Positions 35,783-47,559 of a DNA stretch of 64,000 nucleotides are shown here, piece by piece. A program made the position numbers and the translations under genes. Within the stretch, counting starts at the first letter, position 1. Every line of letters begins with the position of its first letter. Source of the DNA: Craspedostauros australis (Eukaryota); the NCBI GenBank assembly GCA_030167865.1, contig JALAGF010006658.1, forward strand, positions 1 through 64,000, in the 5' to 3' direction. The notes under the pieces were generated by a model. The model saw only the letters and a program-made list of their open reading frames with translations. It was not told where the DNA came from and did not search any database.

Positions 35783-36600
35783 CTTGGACTGCTGCTTGGC
35801 TGCGGTGCTGCTCAGGCCGGATTGCTTGTGGGTCGAGCGTGGTGGGACGTTGTGAGGGTCCAGTGGAAGGCAGCCCTTGGTGTCGTTGGATTCGCTGGGT
35901 TCTTCCAGAATAGTCAAGCAGGGCAGAATAGCAGAGCAGACAGAGCAGAGCATCGCATTGTGTTGTGATCTTCATTTGCGTGCTGATCGTGTCACCTCCC
36001 ACGGTTCTTGATTTCCATCCACGATGCGTTTAGTCGTGGATTCGTTCACGATGCAAGAAGAGAGGACACATTTTACGCTATACCCAGCCAAGACAGCTTT
36101 CGCCTCCATCCATGCCACAGATTCCCATCTCAACAATGACGTCAATGTCTGTTTCCTTGCTGGAGGCAAGGTTGGCGCACATAGTACTCCTGCCACCTTG
36201 CATGAAGACAAAGGAAGGGCATCCTGCGATAGAAATGACGGAAACACTTGGGACGTAACCCCGAAACACATTCTCAGCGCAGGTTACGTGCTTCTCATTA
36301 CCATGCTCTGTTACGTTTACTATGAAGTACATACGGCATGAGAAGATGCCGAATTGGAGGAGGAGACGTGAAAAGGGACAACCGCATCTGACGCAAGGCG
36401 ATCGTCGCGGATATCCCGTATGTGACATTGTAGGTACACTCCTCTGGTCATCCGACGAAGTGTCTCTGAACATATCTGCTTAGGTCGCCACGGTTGCGAC
36501 GTTGCCGGCGTGCGTTCTACTTCGTTTCGGCATGCACATTGGACAGTGATCTGAACAGCTGTGAGCTTGTTGATACTTCAAAGTGCGGCAGTCGCCGTGC

Positions 36601-39600
36601 TTAGAACCCGCCAAATGGCTGCTGTCCATAGGATTGCTGTTGTATCGGCGGCGGCATTTGCTGTCCGTAGGGTGGTTGCTGCTGCTGCTGCTGCATTTGT
36701 TGGCCATACATCTGCTGCTGCTGTTGCTGCTGCGGCGGGTAACCCGGAGCACCCTGTTGTGGGTATTGCTGCTGGAATCCACCAAAGGATTGCTGCTGCA
36801 TCGCTGGTGGCTGCTGCTGTCCGTACTGTTGTTGTCCGTACTGCTGCTGCACGGGTGGTGGCATCTGCTGTCCTCCCCCGTTCATCATCGATGGTGGCTG
36901 TTGGCCGTACTGCTGCTGCATGGGTGGCGCCATCTGTTGTCCCCCGCCATTCATCATCGATGGTGGTTGCTGCGGCGGCAGGCTTCTTTGGCTTTGCTGC
37001 GACATTGTAGTTGAGGCCATGCCATACTGAGCGCCGTAGCCTCCGTAGTTGCCTTGGGTTTGATTGCTCGACAAGACCAACGCGTTCGACTTCATGACCT
37101 CCTTCTTTTGGCCAGAGGACTGTTCCAACAAAGAAGCGGTATGGTGCACAACACAATACAGTACGTCGAATCAAAATTGTGGCAACATAACATTTCAGAA
37201 TAAGAGACATGTGGCAATGCATTGGTGTGGTATGGACGAAGGAAACAAAATGATACGAATTTGCGAAATGGTGAGTCAATGCGTTCATTTCCAGAAGTAT
37301 CAACAAGAGCAAACTTCGAACGAGTCCTTGTGCCGGGTCAAAGTTTTGCACAAGGAATGCGTCACGTTACGTACATCGCTCTTCTTGGCCCGGATATCTG
37401 CCAAGGATGCCGTGTTGTTTTTGGCTGCGGCAGGTGGATCATCGAATGGGTTCTTGACAGAAGACTGTGTGTCTTGCATCAACGAGAAGGAATCCAGGTT
37501 GGCCAATTTCGCGTATGCCTGATCTGCCATCGATCCGTTTTGGGTGCCTGGCGTGGGAGCGACCAGATCCGGTGCTCCTCCAGCCAAAGTCGACATGGTG
37601 AGAGCTGGGTTGGAGCTTGGTGCCGGTGCGCTCTCAGGTGGCTGCGAGAATTGGAGGCCACCTTGCACAGGGGCTGGTGCAGGTGCAGGAGGGGCTGGTT
37701 GGAATCCGAATGCTGCGGCAGATGGATCGACTGCAGGCGCTGGTGCCGGTGCTGGCATTGCCGCTGGCATGGAAGCTGGTGGCTGCTGTGGAGCAAAGGT
37801 GTTGGGGGCAGATTCTGCCACGCCAAAAGGACCTGGCGAGGCAAATCCCAAGCTGGAAGTGGTGGTGTTTGGGGTGAACCCCGGCTGTGGCGCAGTGACG
37901 GACTTTGGCGTGGTGAGGAAATTGGAGGCCGGCGCGGCAGTCGGAGGTGGGACTCGCAGGGAAGCTGGCTGTGGTGGAGCCTGGGTTTGAACTGGTGCCG
38001 GAGCAGCGAAGCTACCGAACGGATTCTCTGGTGCGACTGCCGGAGCTGGTGCTGGAGCTGGCATTGGGGCCGGTGGTTGCGCAAAGCCGTTCATCTGGCC
38101 ATTCATCTGTGCATAGTTCTGGGCTGGTGCAGCTGGTGGCTGTGGTGGTGCTTGACCAAACGGCGCCTGAGCCTGCTGTGGCTGTGGTGGCACAACATTG
38201 GCATACGGATTGGATGTTGGAGCTGGCACGATGGCGCCCGCAGCACCGGCGTGGGCGGTTGGTGGATAAGCGATTGCTGTTGCCATCGGGGGCGGTGCGG
38301 AGTAGGCAGTAGAGTCGAAGCTGGGTGTTGGTGCGATTGCCTGAGGAGCGCCGAACGGGCCGCTAAACGATTGCATGGCACCACCCGCTGCTGGAGGCGG
38401 TGCGCCATACATGTTGTTGTCGAGTGTCGCGACTGCTGTGGCGGTCGCCATTGCCGGTGGGCTGCGAATGTAGGAGGGGAACCAATCACAAATAAAATAG
38501 AGCATGGTGGAATGTTTGGACAACAATGAGGATGACGGAGGGCGCCGAAGCGAATGGAAGGAATTGGAGAAAGCGTGAGGGATGATGTGACGAACAATGC
38601 CATGTTGACAGCAACGACGACACGACGATTCTGACGTGTATCCAATTGCATCGGGTTTGGCGCTCCCAAGTTTCTTCATGTCCACCTCGTCGAACCAGGC
38701 AAGATCTCAAGTGTGCATTTTCAATTGACGTACCCAGTGGCTGCAGGGGCACCAAAGTCCAGCAACAGATCACCGCCACCGGACGGAGGTGGTGCAGATT
38801 GGACCGACGCTGCGGAGGACGGTGCCGCTGCTGGTGGACGTGCTTCGACCAGCGAGTTTTTGATCGCCTCCTGCAAGTACAACTCCTCTTCATCTGGGTT
38901 GTGAGGAGCCTCGAGGGAGGCGATGCCGGTGGCGCTGCGGGTGCTGGCAGGACCACCGGAGCGGAAGCCAGACCCGCGATCGGCCATGGATGGTGGAGAG
39001 CGCGGCGATCGTGCCCGTGGGTCGTTTGGTGCGAGGCCCAAGCGGAAGACCTTGGGGAATGAGAAGAAGCTCTGACCGTCGACGAAGAAGTCGTACTGAC
39101 GGAATCCTGGCGTTGGCGACAAGGGCGGAGATGCGTGCGCGATGATCTTGAGCACATGGTTGCCGCGCATGGTCCAGCTGAATTCAAAAATGTTGTTGCG
39201 GCTGTTGGAATAGTGGATCTCCCTGCCATCCGACAACACCAGTCGCTTTCCCGATGTCAAACTCCACACGATGGTGACATCATGCTCTTCTCCACGGCAT
39301 GCTGTCCCGGTTAGGCCGTTGGCCAGGGCCTGTGGATCCGCAAAGCCAAAACGCCTGTGGTATCATCGAGATCAGCGAAGGTGTGTGGGGACCGCCACAT
39401 CATTTTCCGATTTGTGATGTTATGAGCACGAGTATTGGCATTCGTCAACATGGATCAGAGCCACCGAGGTCGTCAATTTTCCAATCGGTCAATGCATCGA
39501 CCGATGGATTCATGAAGGAGCCGACGAAGAAACCCGCGAATGAAGGAATGGTGTTGATTGATTGATTGATTGTTGCAGCCACAGTGGATGATCCAAAATG

Positions 39601-40260
39601 TCGCACGCGACGAGCATAGCATTGTTGGCATGTGGAGCATCATGATCATCATGGTCACGTCGGACAATGATATCGAGACGGCAAGGCGGTTTCCATTGCG
39701 GGTGTTGATGGGAAGAACAGGCCGATCGAAGCATCATGGCATTGCACGATGGATCCAAACAGAAGATATCACAGCACAGAGTGAGGAAATGTGTGGTGTG
39801 GGTTGAGGTGGTATAGGCACAAAGCATCGCATCGCATACAAACGATACGACACGATAAGATACGTTGCAATACGATGCGCCCACACATGGATCCCTGACT
39901 GCCAAAATGTTGAAATTGTTGGCCGACATTCCTGGTAAAAACATCCCCTCCTGTTGGTTGTGGCTGCAGCCCGCGCCCCTCGGGAAAAGATTCTGCCGAG
40001 CTGCATCTCCCAATTGGATTGGCAAGCAGGTGTGAAGTGGGATGAAAGAGGTGCGAAATATGAAGCTAAAGATGCAGAGAAGTGCGAGCTGACAGCGATC
40101 ACCGCCTGCTCGCATCCCGACAACTTCGCCCCGATTCTTCCCTCTCCATTGCGCAGCCGCGCGAGACGTACCAGCGAACGCGGCGTTTGGTGCTGGCGAT
40201 CCGCTTGCCAGAAGCCACCGCTGTGAAGTCGATCTGGTAGACGTGAATGTTGCGCGCCAT
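36601..40260 (-). CDS. FAIM1-like domain + UIM + clathrin-box/NPF motif protein (exons 40260-40172, 39354-38734, 38461-37375, 37119-36601)
   Basis: Three GTACGT..CAG introns join four segments in frame: MARNIHVYQIDFTAVASGKRIASTKRRVRW|RFGF...EHDVTIVWSLTSGKRLVLSDGREIH...YDFFVDGQSF, EEELYLQEAIKNSL, DLLLDF, ENPF, KNPFDD, Gln-rich tail. Confidence 0.8.
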
Positions 40261-41115
40261 CGTCGCTCGTTGCTCTGTTCGACGGTTGGTGGAGGCTCAA
40301 GTTAGTTGATGGCTCGATTGGTTGGTTGGGTCCTCGATGAATGAATCGAGAGATGTGAGGGAGGAGAAGCAAGGAGGAGGCAAAACAATGGACGAGGTGC
40401 TTGTGTATTGTGTCCGCACCATGCGATCCGAACGATGTTGTTCCCTCTCTCTGCCGCTCACGGAGGATGGTACTGCTCGGCACCGGTTCCCACCCACGAC
40501 AAGCGTTCGTGCACAATTGTACGCGACAACACCTCCTTGTGGGAGTCATTCGACGAATGTTCGGCGCCGTTCGGTCACTTCCGTGTGAAGCGCTGCGCAT
40601 TTGAAAATGTCGAAAAATGCAAATGGCAGTCTTCCGAGTCACGTAAACGAACCACCACCAAAAAAGTCGCATCTTTCGTTTCCCAATCTTGTTTCATGTG
40701 TGAATCCCGGTTGCACATGAACCGTCCATGCGTCGGCGGTGTGACATCAAACCCAAAGATACAAACGACAGCCTTTGAAGGATTCGCCAAGGTGTCAATC
40801 AATCCACGACGTGATTGTTCCGCAAGGGGCGTCTGGCACTTCCACGGTGGCAGTTGTGGCTGCGATCTCGGTGAGGGATTCAACGAGCACGACCTCTGCC
40901 ATTGCCTTCCGCAGTCCTCACAGTTCCCACGCGCACGTACCTGGAGGTGCTCGTGTCTTGCTTCCGCTTCCATTGTCCACACAATGCTTCCACTCGCAGA
41001 ACCATCCTAGACGAGCGCGTGACAAGATATCATTTTAATAGATGAGAGAAGATCAAGTGCAGATAATACTATCCGAGAATCTTGTCCTCATTGTGAGAGG
41101 AGGCGTAATATCTAT

Positions 41116-42876
41116 ATGATGCACCATTGCAGCATGGGAGGACGTGATGGCATTCCATCGCAATCATGCATCATGGCATTGAGTGAGGACGTCCCAACAC
41201 GCAGCAAGTGTTGCGCCAAGATGCATCACAGTGACAAGTGCCAACCGATACGAGGCCGAAAGCGGAGGCTCTTCACGGTGGCATCGGTGGCGATACTGGT
41301 GTCTCATATTCCATCATGCGATGGTGGACGACCGCATCAGCACAGATCCTTCATGTACCAAGGTCGTCCAGCCGCCACAGTGGCCGCACCTCAGTTGGCA
41401 CAATCACACTCTTCCTGGTCCCCAGTCGCAAGCACGCGATCCATGTTCTCGAAGCAAGGTGGCACGCTGGCATCGCTCAGCCCCGCCAACGTGTTCCAAT
41501 CCGTCATGGATCGCTGGAACTCGGCATGGGGCTCGGGTGAGGGAGCTGGCGGTGGCGAATCAAATGCATCCAACATGCGGACGGGTGAGGATGGTGCCAA
41601 GTCGGAGCATGTGGACGGAACCGTCCTTTACAGATTCTACGGACGATCGCGCACGAGATCCGATGCGGCATCCGTGCCGCTCATATTTCTCGGATCCAAC
41701 GTGGATCACTTTCAGCGCGTCGGTCGCCTCATGGCATCCAGGGGGTTCAGCGTCATGGCCTGCGAACAGATCAAGGATTCCTCGTCTCGTGATCAATCAA
41801 CTCGCACGTCTCCACAGCAACACCAGCAGCAGCAGCAGCAGAGCCAACAGCAAATTGTATCAACCACAGGCCGAATCGCGGCACCGCCCCCACGCGGTAG
41901 CGACGGATCCGCGGAGTCCGACCAAAACATCGTCGCCAGAATACTCAAGGAGCTGCGTTGGAATCAGGTCATTCTCGTGGGGTTCGACGATGAGGCCATT
42001 GTTGCGATTGAAAGCGCGTTGCAGCTGGCACCCGATGCTGTCGTCGGTCTCATCCTCAGTGGTGATCTCGTGAAATCTGATCGGTTGGCACGCGACAGAG
42101 GCTTTCCGGTTCTCGACTCCTTCCTACGCAGGACATTGCGATGTCCCTTCATCATCATATGGGACGGGGACACGCCACCCGCGTTGCCCATCGCCGCATC
42201 CACAACCGGCGCAAATCAACTGCGTTCCGATGATCCCAATCCCGATCGGCGTCTCATTCACGGCTCTTCGCCACACAGAACGCAATCCGAACAATTCACA
42301 TGGATCCTCACGCGCTTCATCGAAGAAAAGATCTCCAAGGATCATCGCAACACATCGCTGTCGCCCAAATCTCCGCCCGCCCCGTTGGATCGATTCTTTG
42401 CCACGCTACCGTTCGGTATTGATGCTCTCGTGACGGAGGAGGGGCGTATCGTGATTGGACGGGCCATGGCGACGGCCATCTTCTACATTGCTGTGATGCG
42501 GATACTAGTGGTACAATACGGCTTGCTTTCATCCGGCATCGCCACGATCAAATCGCGCTACGACTCATTCGATGCATTGCGCAAACGCGTCTTTCAGGTC
42601 GTCAAGAATTTCATTCTCAATTTCGGATACTTGCCCCGCTTATTTCGAATCCGAAGGGCGTCAGACGACGAGGACGAAGAGCAATCACCGCCCCAGCAAG
42701 ACAAGGCGGACGGCGGTGATGCTGACGCAGATGCTAAAGATGATACGGACGCGGATGATGCAGAGCCATCTGAATCCAATGACATGGAAGAGTACGACAG
42801 CGACAATGAAGAGAAGGAACAAGAAGAACAACGAAACTTCCGACCACGATTCTTTCTGGATCATGTCATTGCTTAG
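41116..42876 (+). CDS. Divergent alpha/beta-hydrolase-fold protein with a C-terminal TM
   Basis: VPLIFLG..VDHFQRVGRLMASRGFSVMACE, ILKELRWNQVILVGFDDEAIVAI, APDAVVGLIL, LRCPFIIIWDG, SPHRTQSEQF. The true start is uncertain. Confidence 0.65.
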   Translation: MMHHCSMGGRDGIPSQSCIMALSEDVPTRSKCCAKMHHSDKCQPIRGRKRRLFTVASVAILVSHIPSCDGGRPHQHRSFMYQGRPAATVAAPQLAQSHSSWSPVASTRSMFSKQGGTLASLSPANVFQSVMDRWNSAWGSGEGAGGGESNASNMRTGEDGAKSEHVDGTVLYRFYGRSRTRSDAASVPLIFLGSNVDHFQRVGRLMASRGFSVMACEQIKDSSSRDQSTRTSPQQHQQQQQQSQQQIVSTTGRIAAPPPRGSDGSAESDQNIVARILKELRWNQVILVGFDDEAIVAIESALQLAPDAVVGLILSGDLVKSDRLARDRGFPVLDSFLRRTLRCPFIIIWDGDTPPALPIAASTTGANQLRSDDPNPDRRLIHGSSPHRTQSEQFTWILTRFIEEKISKDHRNTSLSPKSPPAPLDRFFATLPFGIDALVTEEGRIVIGRAMATAIFYIAVMRILVVQYGLLSSGIATIKSRYDSFDALRKRVFQVVKNFILNFGYLPRLFRIRRASDDEDEEQSPPQQDKADGGDADADAKDDTDADDAEPSESNDMEEYDSDNEEKEQEEQRNFRPRFFLDHVIA

Positions 42877-42948
42877 GATCGTTCTGTCACTGCCACAATT
42901 ACCTAAGTTTGTTTGTGTATGTTATTTGGTGGTTTGTTTACTCTGTGT

Positions 42949-44496
42949 TCATTTGGTACTGCCACCCAATTTTGACGTGTGTCCCGAGAAGGCGGTGAAG
43001 TCATCCACCATGCTGGTACCATCCGACTGAATGCTAAATTCATCCCCGTTGTCGGCTACCCGTCGGCCCTTCCAGGAGAAAGATGTTGCAGACTTGGCGG
43101 AGGGTCGGCCGGAGAATCCTGATGATGACGACCCGATTGTGCGAGTGCCGTACGGGTGGCGGAATCGTCCGCTCAGATCCTCATGAGCGTAGCCGGAGTT
43201 GCCTGTCTGCTCGATGGCGGAAATGTCGGTGCCGAAGGGGGCCGGCGTGATGGGCGATATCAAGTCGTTGCGCTTGGAGTTGTCAACGCCCAGGTCGATG
43301 CTTGGGAGGTCGAGGTGGAGGTTGGAGACGCTGACGAAGCTGGCGCTCGCTTTCGACGTGTCGGCAACCTGAACCGGGTTGGAGGTGTAGAGACTCGTGT
43401 CGTGGGACATGAAGGACTGCGATGGAGTTGGTCCACGGTTGCTGGATCGAACTGGAGCACCCGCCGCTGGGTTCTGGTTGCGTCGTGCATTCTGCTTGAA
43501 CAGGCTCGTGCGGATATTGTGTGGATTGATGCGATTGACTCTGTATGCGCTGGGCTTGTTGCGGGCCGCATTCTTGCTGGCAGCTGCGGCGGTTGGCTTA
43601 GCGGAGTGCATTCTTGGACTGCCTTCGCCGGATGATTCCGAGCGGGTTGGAGCCAGCTCGAGAGACTTGGGCATGATGTTGCGTTCCACATCGTAATCCT
43701 CATTGTCGTCCTGATCGTCGTAGTCGTCGCCTAGGTACAGGTATCGGGCGAGGAACATGAAGAAGATGCAGAGTGTACCACCTCCGAGGATGGCTCCGAC
43801 GTACATGATCAGACGTACTGTTTCCTCGTCCTTCCAGAACTTGTCAGACTCGTCGCCGTCACCGTCGCCGCTTTTCTTGCCCGACTTCGAAACTTCATCT
43901 TCGCCAGTTTTCGTCACCTGCTGTTGGTCCACTTCGATGATGATGTGCGTAAGACTTTCCATGAAGGGCGACTTCGAGTTCTCCAGAATCATGTCCACGT
44001 AGATCTGTTGGTTGGAGCCGCGGAATGCATTCACGAGAAGATCGTTGATGAAGTCCTCCGTGGGCTTGGTGTCAGAGTTGAAAAAGAGCAACCCGTCGAA
44101 CTCCAACGTCGTAATGAAGCTGCCATCCAGTCCGTGAATACCGAAGGAATCAACCGAAAGCGCAGAATGAGAGAAGACGCTCCCATCTCTATCGGTCGAG
44201 TAGTACGCGGTGAAGTACTGATCCAGGAAGGACGTGGTTGTTGAGAGAATCTCGGAAAGCAGAATGCTGTTGTCCGACTTCACCTCGGATCGGAGCTGCA
44301 TGATGATCTTGCTCAACTCCACTTGTCCTCCCAAGGCGGCATCAAAGTTGGTGGCCATCAGGCAGACGCAGAGCATCGCCTTGAGAATCGTTTTCATTGT
44401 TGTCACCGCCATCGTTGTCGGTTCGTTTGCCTCGGTTGCGTTCGGTTGCGTTTGGTCTTCTGTATCGGGTGTTGCTTGTTGCCGTCGTTGTTCCAA
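42949..44496 (-). CDS. Hypothetical single-pass (type I) membrane protein
   Basis: Signal-like ILKAMLCVCLMATNFDAALG, a compact ectodomain, TM LIMYVGAILGGGTLCIFFMFLA and a Ser-rich tail. Confidence 0.75.
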   Translation of the reverse strand: MEQRRQQATPDTEDQTQPNATEANEPTTMAVTTMKTILKAMLCVCLMATNFDAALGGQVELSKIIMQLRSEVKSDNSILLSEILSTTTSFLDQYFTAYYSTDRDGSVFSHSALSVDSFGIHGLDGSFITTLEFDGLLFFNSDTKPTEDFINDLLVNAFRGSNQQIYVDMILENSKSPFMESLTHIIIEVDQQQVTKTGEDEVSKSGKKSGDGDGDESDKFWKDEETVRLIMYVGAILGGGTLCIFFMFLARYLYLGDDYDDQDDNEDYDVERNIMPKSLELAPTRSESSGEGSPRMHSAKPTAAAASKNAARNKPSAYRVNRINPHNIRTSLFKQNARRNQNPAAGAPVRSSNRGPTPSQSFMSHDTSLYTSNPVQVADTSKASASFVSVSNLHLDLPSIDLGVDNSKRNDLISPITPAPFGTDISAIEQTGNSGYAHEDLSGRFRHPYGTRTIGSSSSGFSGRPSAKSATSFSWKGRRVADNGDEFSIQSDGTSMVDDFTAFSGHTSKLGGSTK

Positions 44497-45382
44497 TGAT
44501 CGTAGTGTGGATCAATGCAGTGCTAGTCTCTGTCAGTCTTGTGGTGGTCGGTGGCTTGGTTGGTTGGTTGGTTGGTTGGTTGGATGGAGAGTTGTTTCAG
44601 TTCGTTTTGTGATATGATGATGTGCTGATGTGAAGGTTGGATGAGCTGAGATGAGATGGTGTGAGATGATGAGCGGAGTCGGAATGAGAGGAGTTGCAGA
44701 GGATACAGCAGAGGGGAAGTTGATGCGTCTCCTTGTTGCTGTTGCTGCTGTTGTTGTCGTCGTTGTCTCTGTTTTCTTTCTGCTGATGATGTTCATCGAT
44801 GTGGTGGCACTTCACAAGTGAGTTGCCAAGGTGGGGCCATACAATCGTCTGGCTGCCATCTTTGGACTCGTCGTCACTTGCGTCGTTGTTGATGTGATGC
44901 TATTGTTGTGAATGCCGTTGTGATCGTTGTTATCATTACTTTCGGTGTTATCATCGATCTCGTTGTTGGTGGTGGTGTGGCCGTTACTGTTGACGAAAGT
45001 TGTGGAGTGTTGTTGGCAGGTCTTCGTTGCACAGAAAACGGTGGTGCTTGTCGCAACTCCACAACGAACAATTTTTGAAATGTGAGTGTCTCAAACGAAG
45101 TTTCTCCACCACCAAAGTAACGGTCATATTTTGGTTCGCTTTGCGTAGTACATTGGCTTCGATACCATGAGAAAACTATCTAGATGGTAGCAAATAGAGT
45201 TCGGAGAAGAAAACCTGATTGTCTATCCTTGGGATCCGTAGGCTAGAAATGAGAATGACAACATCAAAGAGAGAAAAGTCAAGAGCGTCACTCTCTCCAG
45301 ATAAACGTCCATTTAGTTCCTGCTCTATGAGAGTATTATGCTGAATATAGCCATGTTTGGTGTTCGGGCATCCATAGTTTGA

Positions 45383-46976
45383 CTACCCTTTCCGTATCTG
45401 GAAACAAAGCAGTGTCATCTCATCCACGAAGCCGGTGGTCTTGTTGAGAGAGTCCCTGAGATGCTGATGCTCATCGAACTTCCAATCGGAGACTTCGACC
45501 TGCAACTTTTCATCTTTGCAGGCCTGCTCGAACTTGTCGATGCCGAAACGGTGCTTGGAATTCGCGCAGATGATGACTGCTGTGCCTTGTGAATGCAAGC
45601 AGGCATGCAATGTCCGCGCGACGGCGATCGCGTCGCTGACTTGGCAGATGATATCCGCTCCAAGCACCAGATCAACGCACCCATGCGCGGTTCCGCCCAT
45701 ATCCATCCATCCTGGCCGATCGCTTCGCTGTTGATTGAAGTCCAAACCATGCACGGATGCCACTGTTTGCACCTCATTCAACGCAATATTCATTTTGCAA
45801 TTTTCCAGCACCTTCTCGTTGAAATCGGTCATGCTCACGTGGCTCTTTGGCATGGAGCTTACGTCATTCCCGGCCATCTCGAATGCCATGATCCTGGCAG
45901 CGACAAGCCCCACCAACCCACAGCCTGAGCCCAGCTCTAGAATTGATTTTCCAAATAGCTCATCTGTGTTATCGCAAACCCATCGTGACATCGCTACTGC
46001 GGACGGCCACATGACTTTGGGACATGCGTGGATTAGTGAGTCAATTTTTCCAGATTGGCATTGAGATCGGCGATGCAAAGAAGAGCTTTGGTCAGCCAGT
46101 GAATTGTGAATTGTGGATTTTCGGATGGTGTGTATGTGCTCGTCCGGCTGCTTGCATACTCAGCAGGTCTTCGTTGCACATCTACTGAGCATGCTCGATC
46201 TCCACATGTACTCGGGTACGTGAAGGGGAAGTCGTGTTCTTTCGAATGCTGTACGATGGCAGCGCCATGCTGCTGCCGATTCAGGAGGCATGCCCTTCTC
46301 AACATGGAAAGACTATCATCTCCATCAATTCGCACTCACCGAAACCAACATCCTTCTGCTCGCTCTGTTGATCGGATACCTGCCGTATGAGAATTGTATC
46401 TTCGTGCGATTCGTCGCTTGTTGCATCCTTGGATTTCACTTCCGATGCTGCACCCGGTCTCCATTCGATTGAAAATGTGAGAGGCAAACGTTTCTCCACC
46501 TCATCCGGTGAGAAAGATAGAACCCTCAGCGGGAATCTCGGGTTACGCGACGCAATCGCACATGCCTCATCCTGAAGCTCGACGGCATCATCCTGATCTT
46601 CCTCCCGATCCAATGAACCGAAGGTGTCAAACTTGATCAATCGCGAAAGAAGAAAGTGGCCGCCTTCACACCCAATCTCCTCCTCCAGCGTCAGGTCGAT
46701 CTCGGAAATCCGAACGAGGATCTTCAGCAACCTTCGAAGCTGAGTCGTTTCGTGACATTGCCTTAGCAGCCCGTCACGCAACGAATTCCCACGTTTCACC
46801 AAACGGAACCAATCATCAAAGATCTTCTGCAGCAGAGGCTGCCACTTCTTGGCCAGCGTCTGTTGATGGGCATCGTGCCACCGAAGCCGGGCGAAGGCGA
46901 GACCTCGCGCTGTTGATGTCTCATTCTCAATCTCATCCAGTGATGCGACAATGGGATTGTTAGCAGTATTCACCAT
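45383..46976 (-). CDS. SAM-dependent protein lysine methyltransferase, family 16 (exons 46976-46340, 46014-45383)
   Basis: A phase-1 intron GTGAGT..AAG gives QKDVGFVMWPSAVAMSRW; SILELGSGCGLVG, SMTDFN, DLVLGADII. Confidence 0.87.
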
Positions 46977-47559
46977 CGCTAATGTCCTTGAGGTTCTTCT
47001 CTTGCACATGTGCGCTGGTGGGAAAGATGGACAGCACAGCACCGGCAGCAGTGCAACGCAGCCAAAGAACACAGTTGAGCTGAAGACTCCGTCTCACGTG
47101 TGATGGCAACCACCAGCAACATCACTCGTGCTGGTGTCTCTTGTTCGGCAAAACCTCATTTTTCATTTGCGAAGCGATTCGTGGATGTCATGAATCGTGA
47201 CTCAATACCTGGTGGGACTGATAGAAAAACCGTTTGTGGTTCGAGATTTGAAACTGATTCCCAACAAAAATCAGGAAATGCAAACACAGAAGAGAAACAG
47301 AAAGCATCAGGCAGTTCATGAAGACGAGGAGACGAATCGTCATGGGGTGGGTGCTTTCCATGCATACCATGCATACCATACTTCTCCACATTGACAATAG
47401 ACGCACGTGTTTCACTTGACTGCACTCCCCGTTGCAAGCGCCACAATACCAATACCAGTACACATCCCAGGCTCATCCATCAACACTTTGCACCACACTC
47501 AGCCAAAATTCAAAGTCGATCAACATCAATCAACGTCAACCAAGCTCAATCAAAATCCA

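Noticed and set aside
37222..38529. 435-aa plus-strand ORF, and other long antisense ORFs (13035-14321, 33685-34518, 60522-61262)
   Set aside because: Opposite-strand shadows of GC-rich real genes.
11141..40260. Alpha-SNAP, RING ligase, Vps34 and the FAIM/UIM adaptor as a trafficking gene cluster
   Set aside because: They are interspersed with unrelated genes; functional clustering cannot be separated from chance without synteny data.
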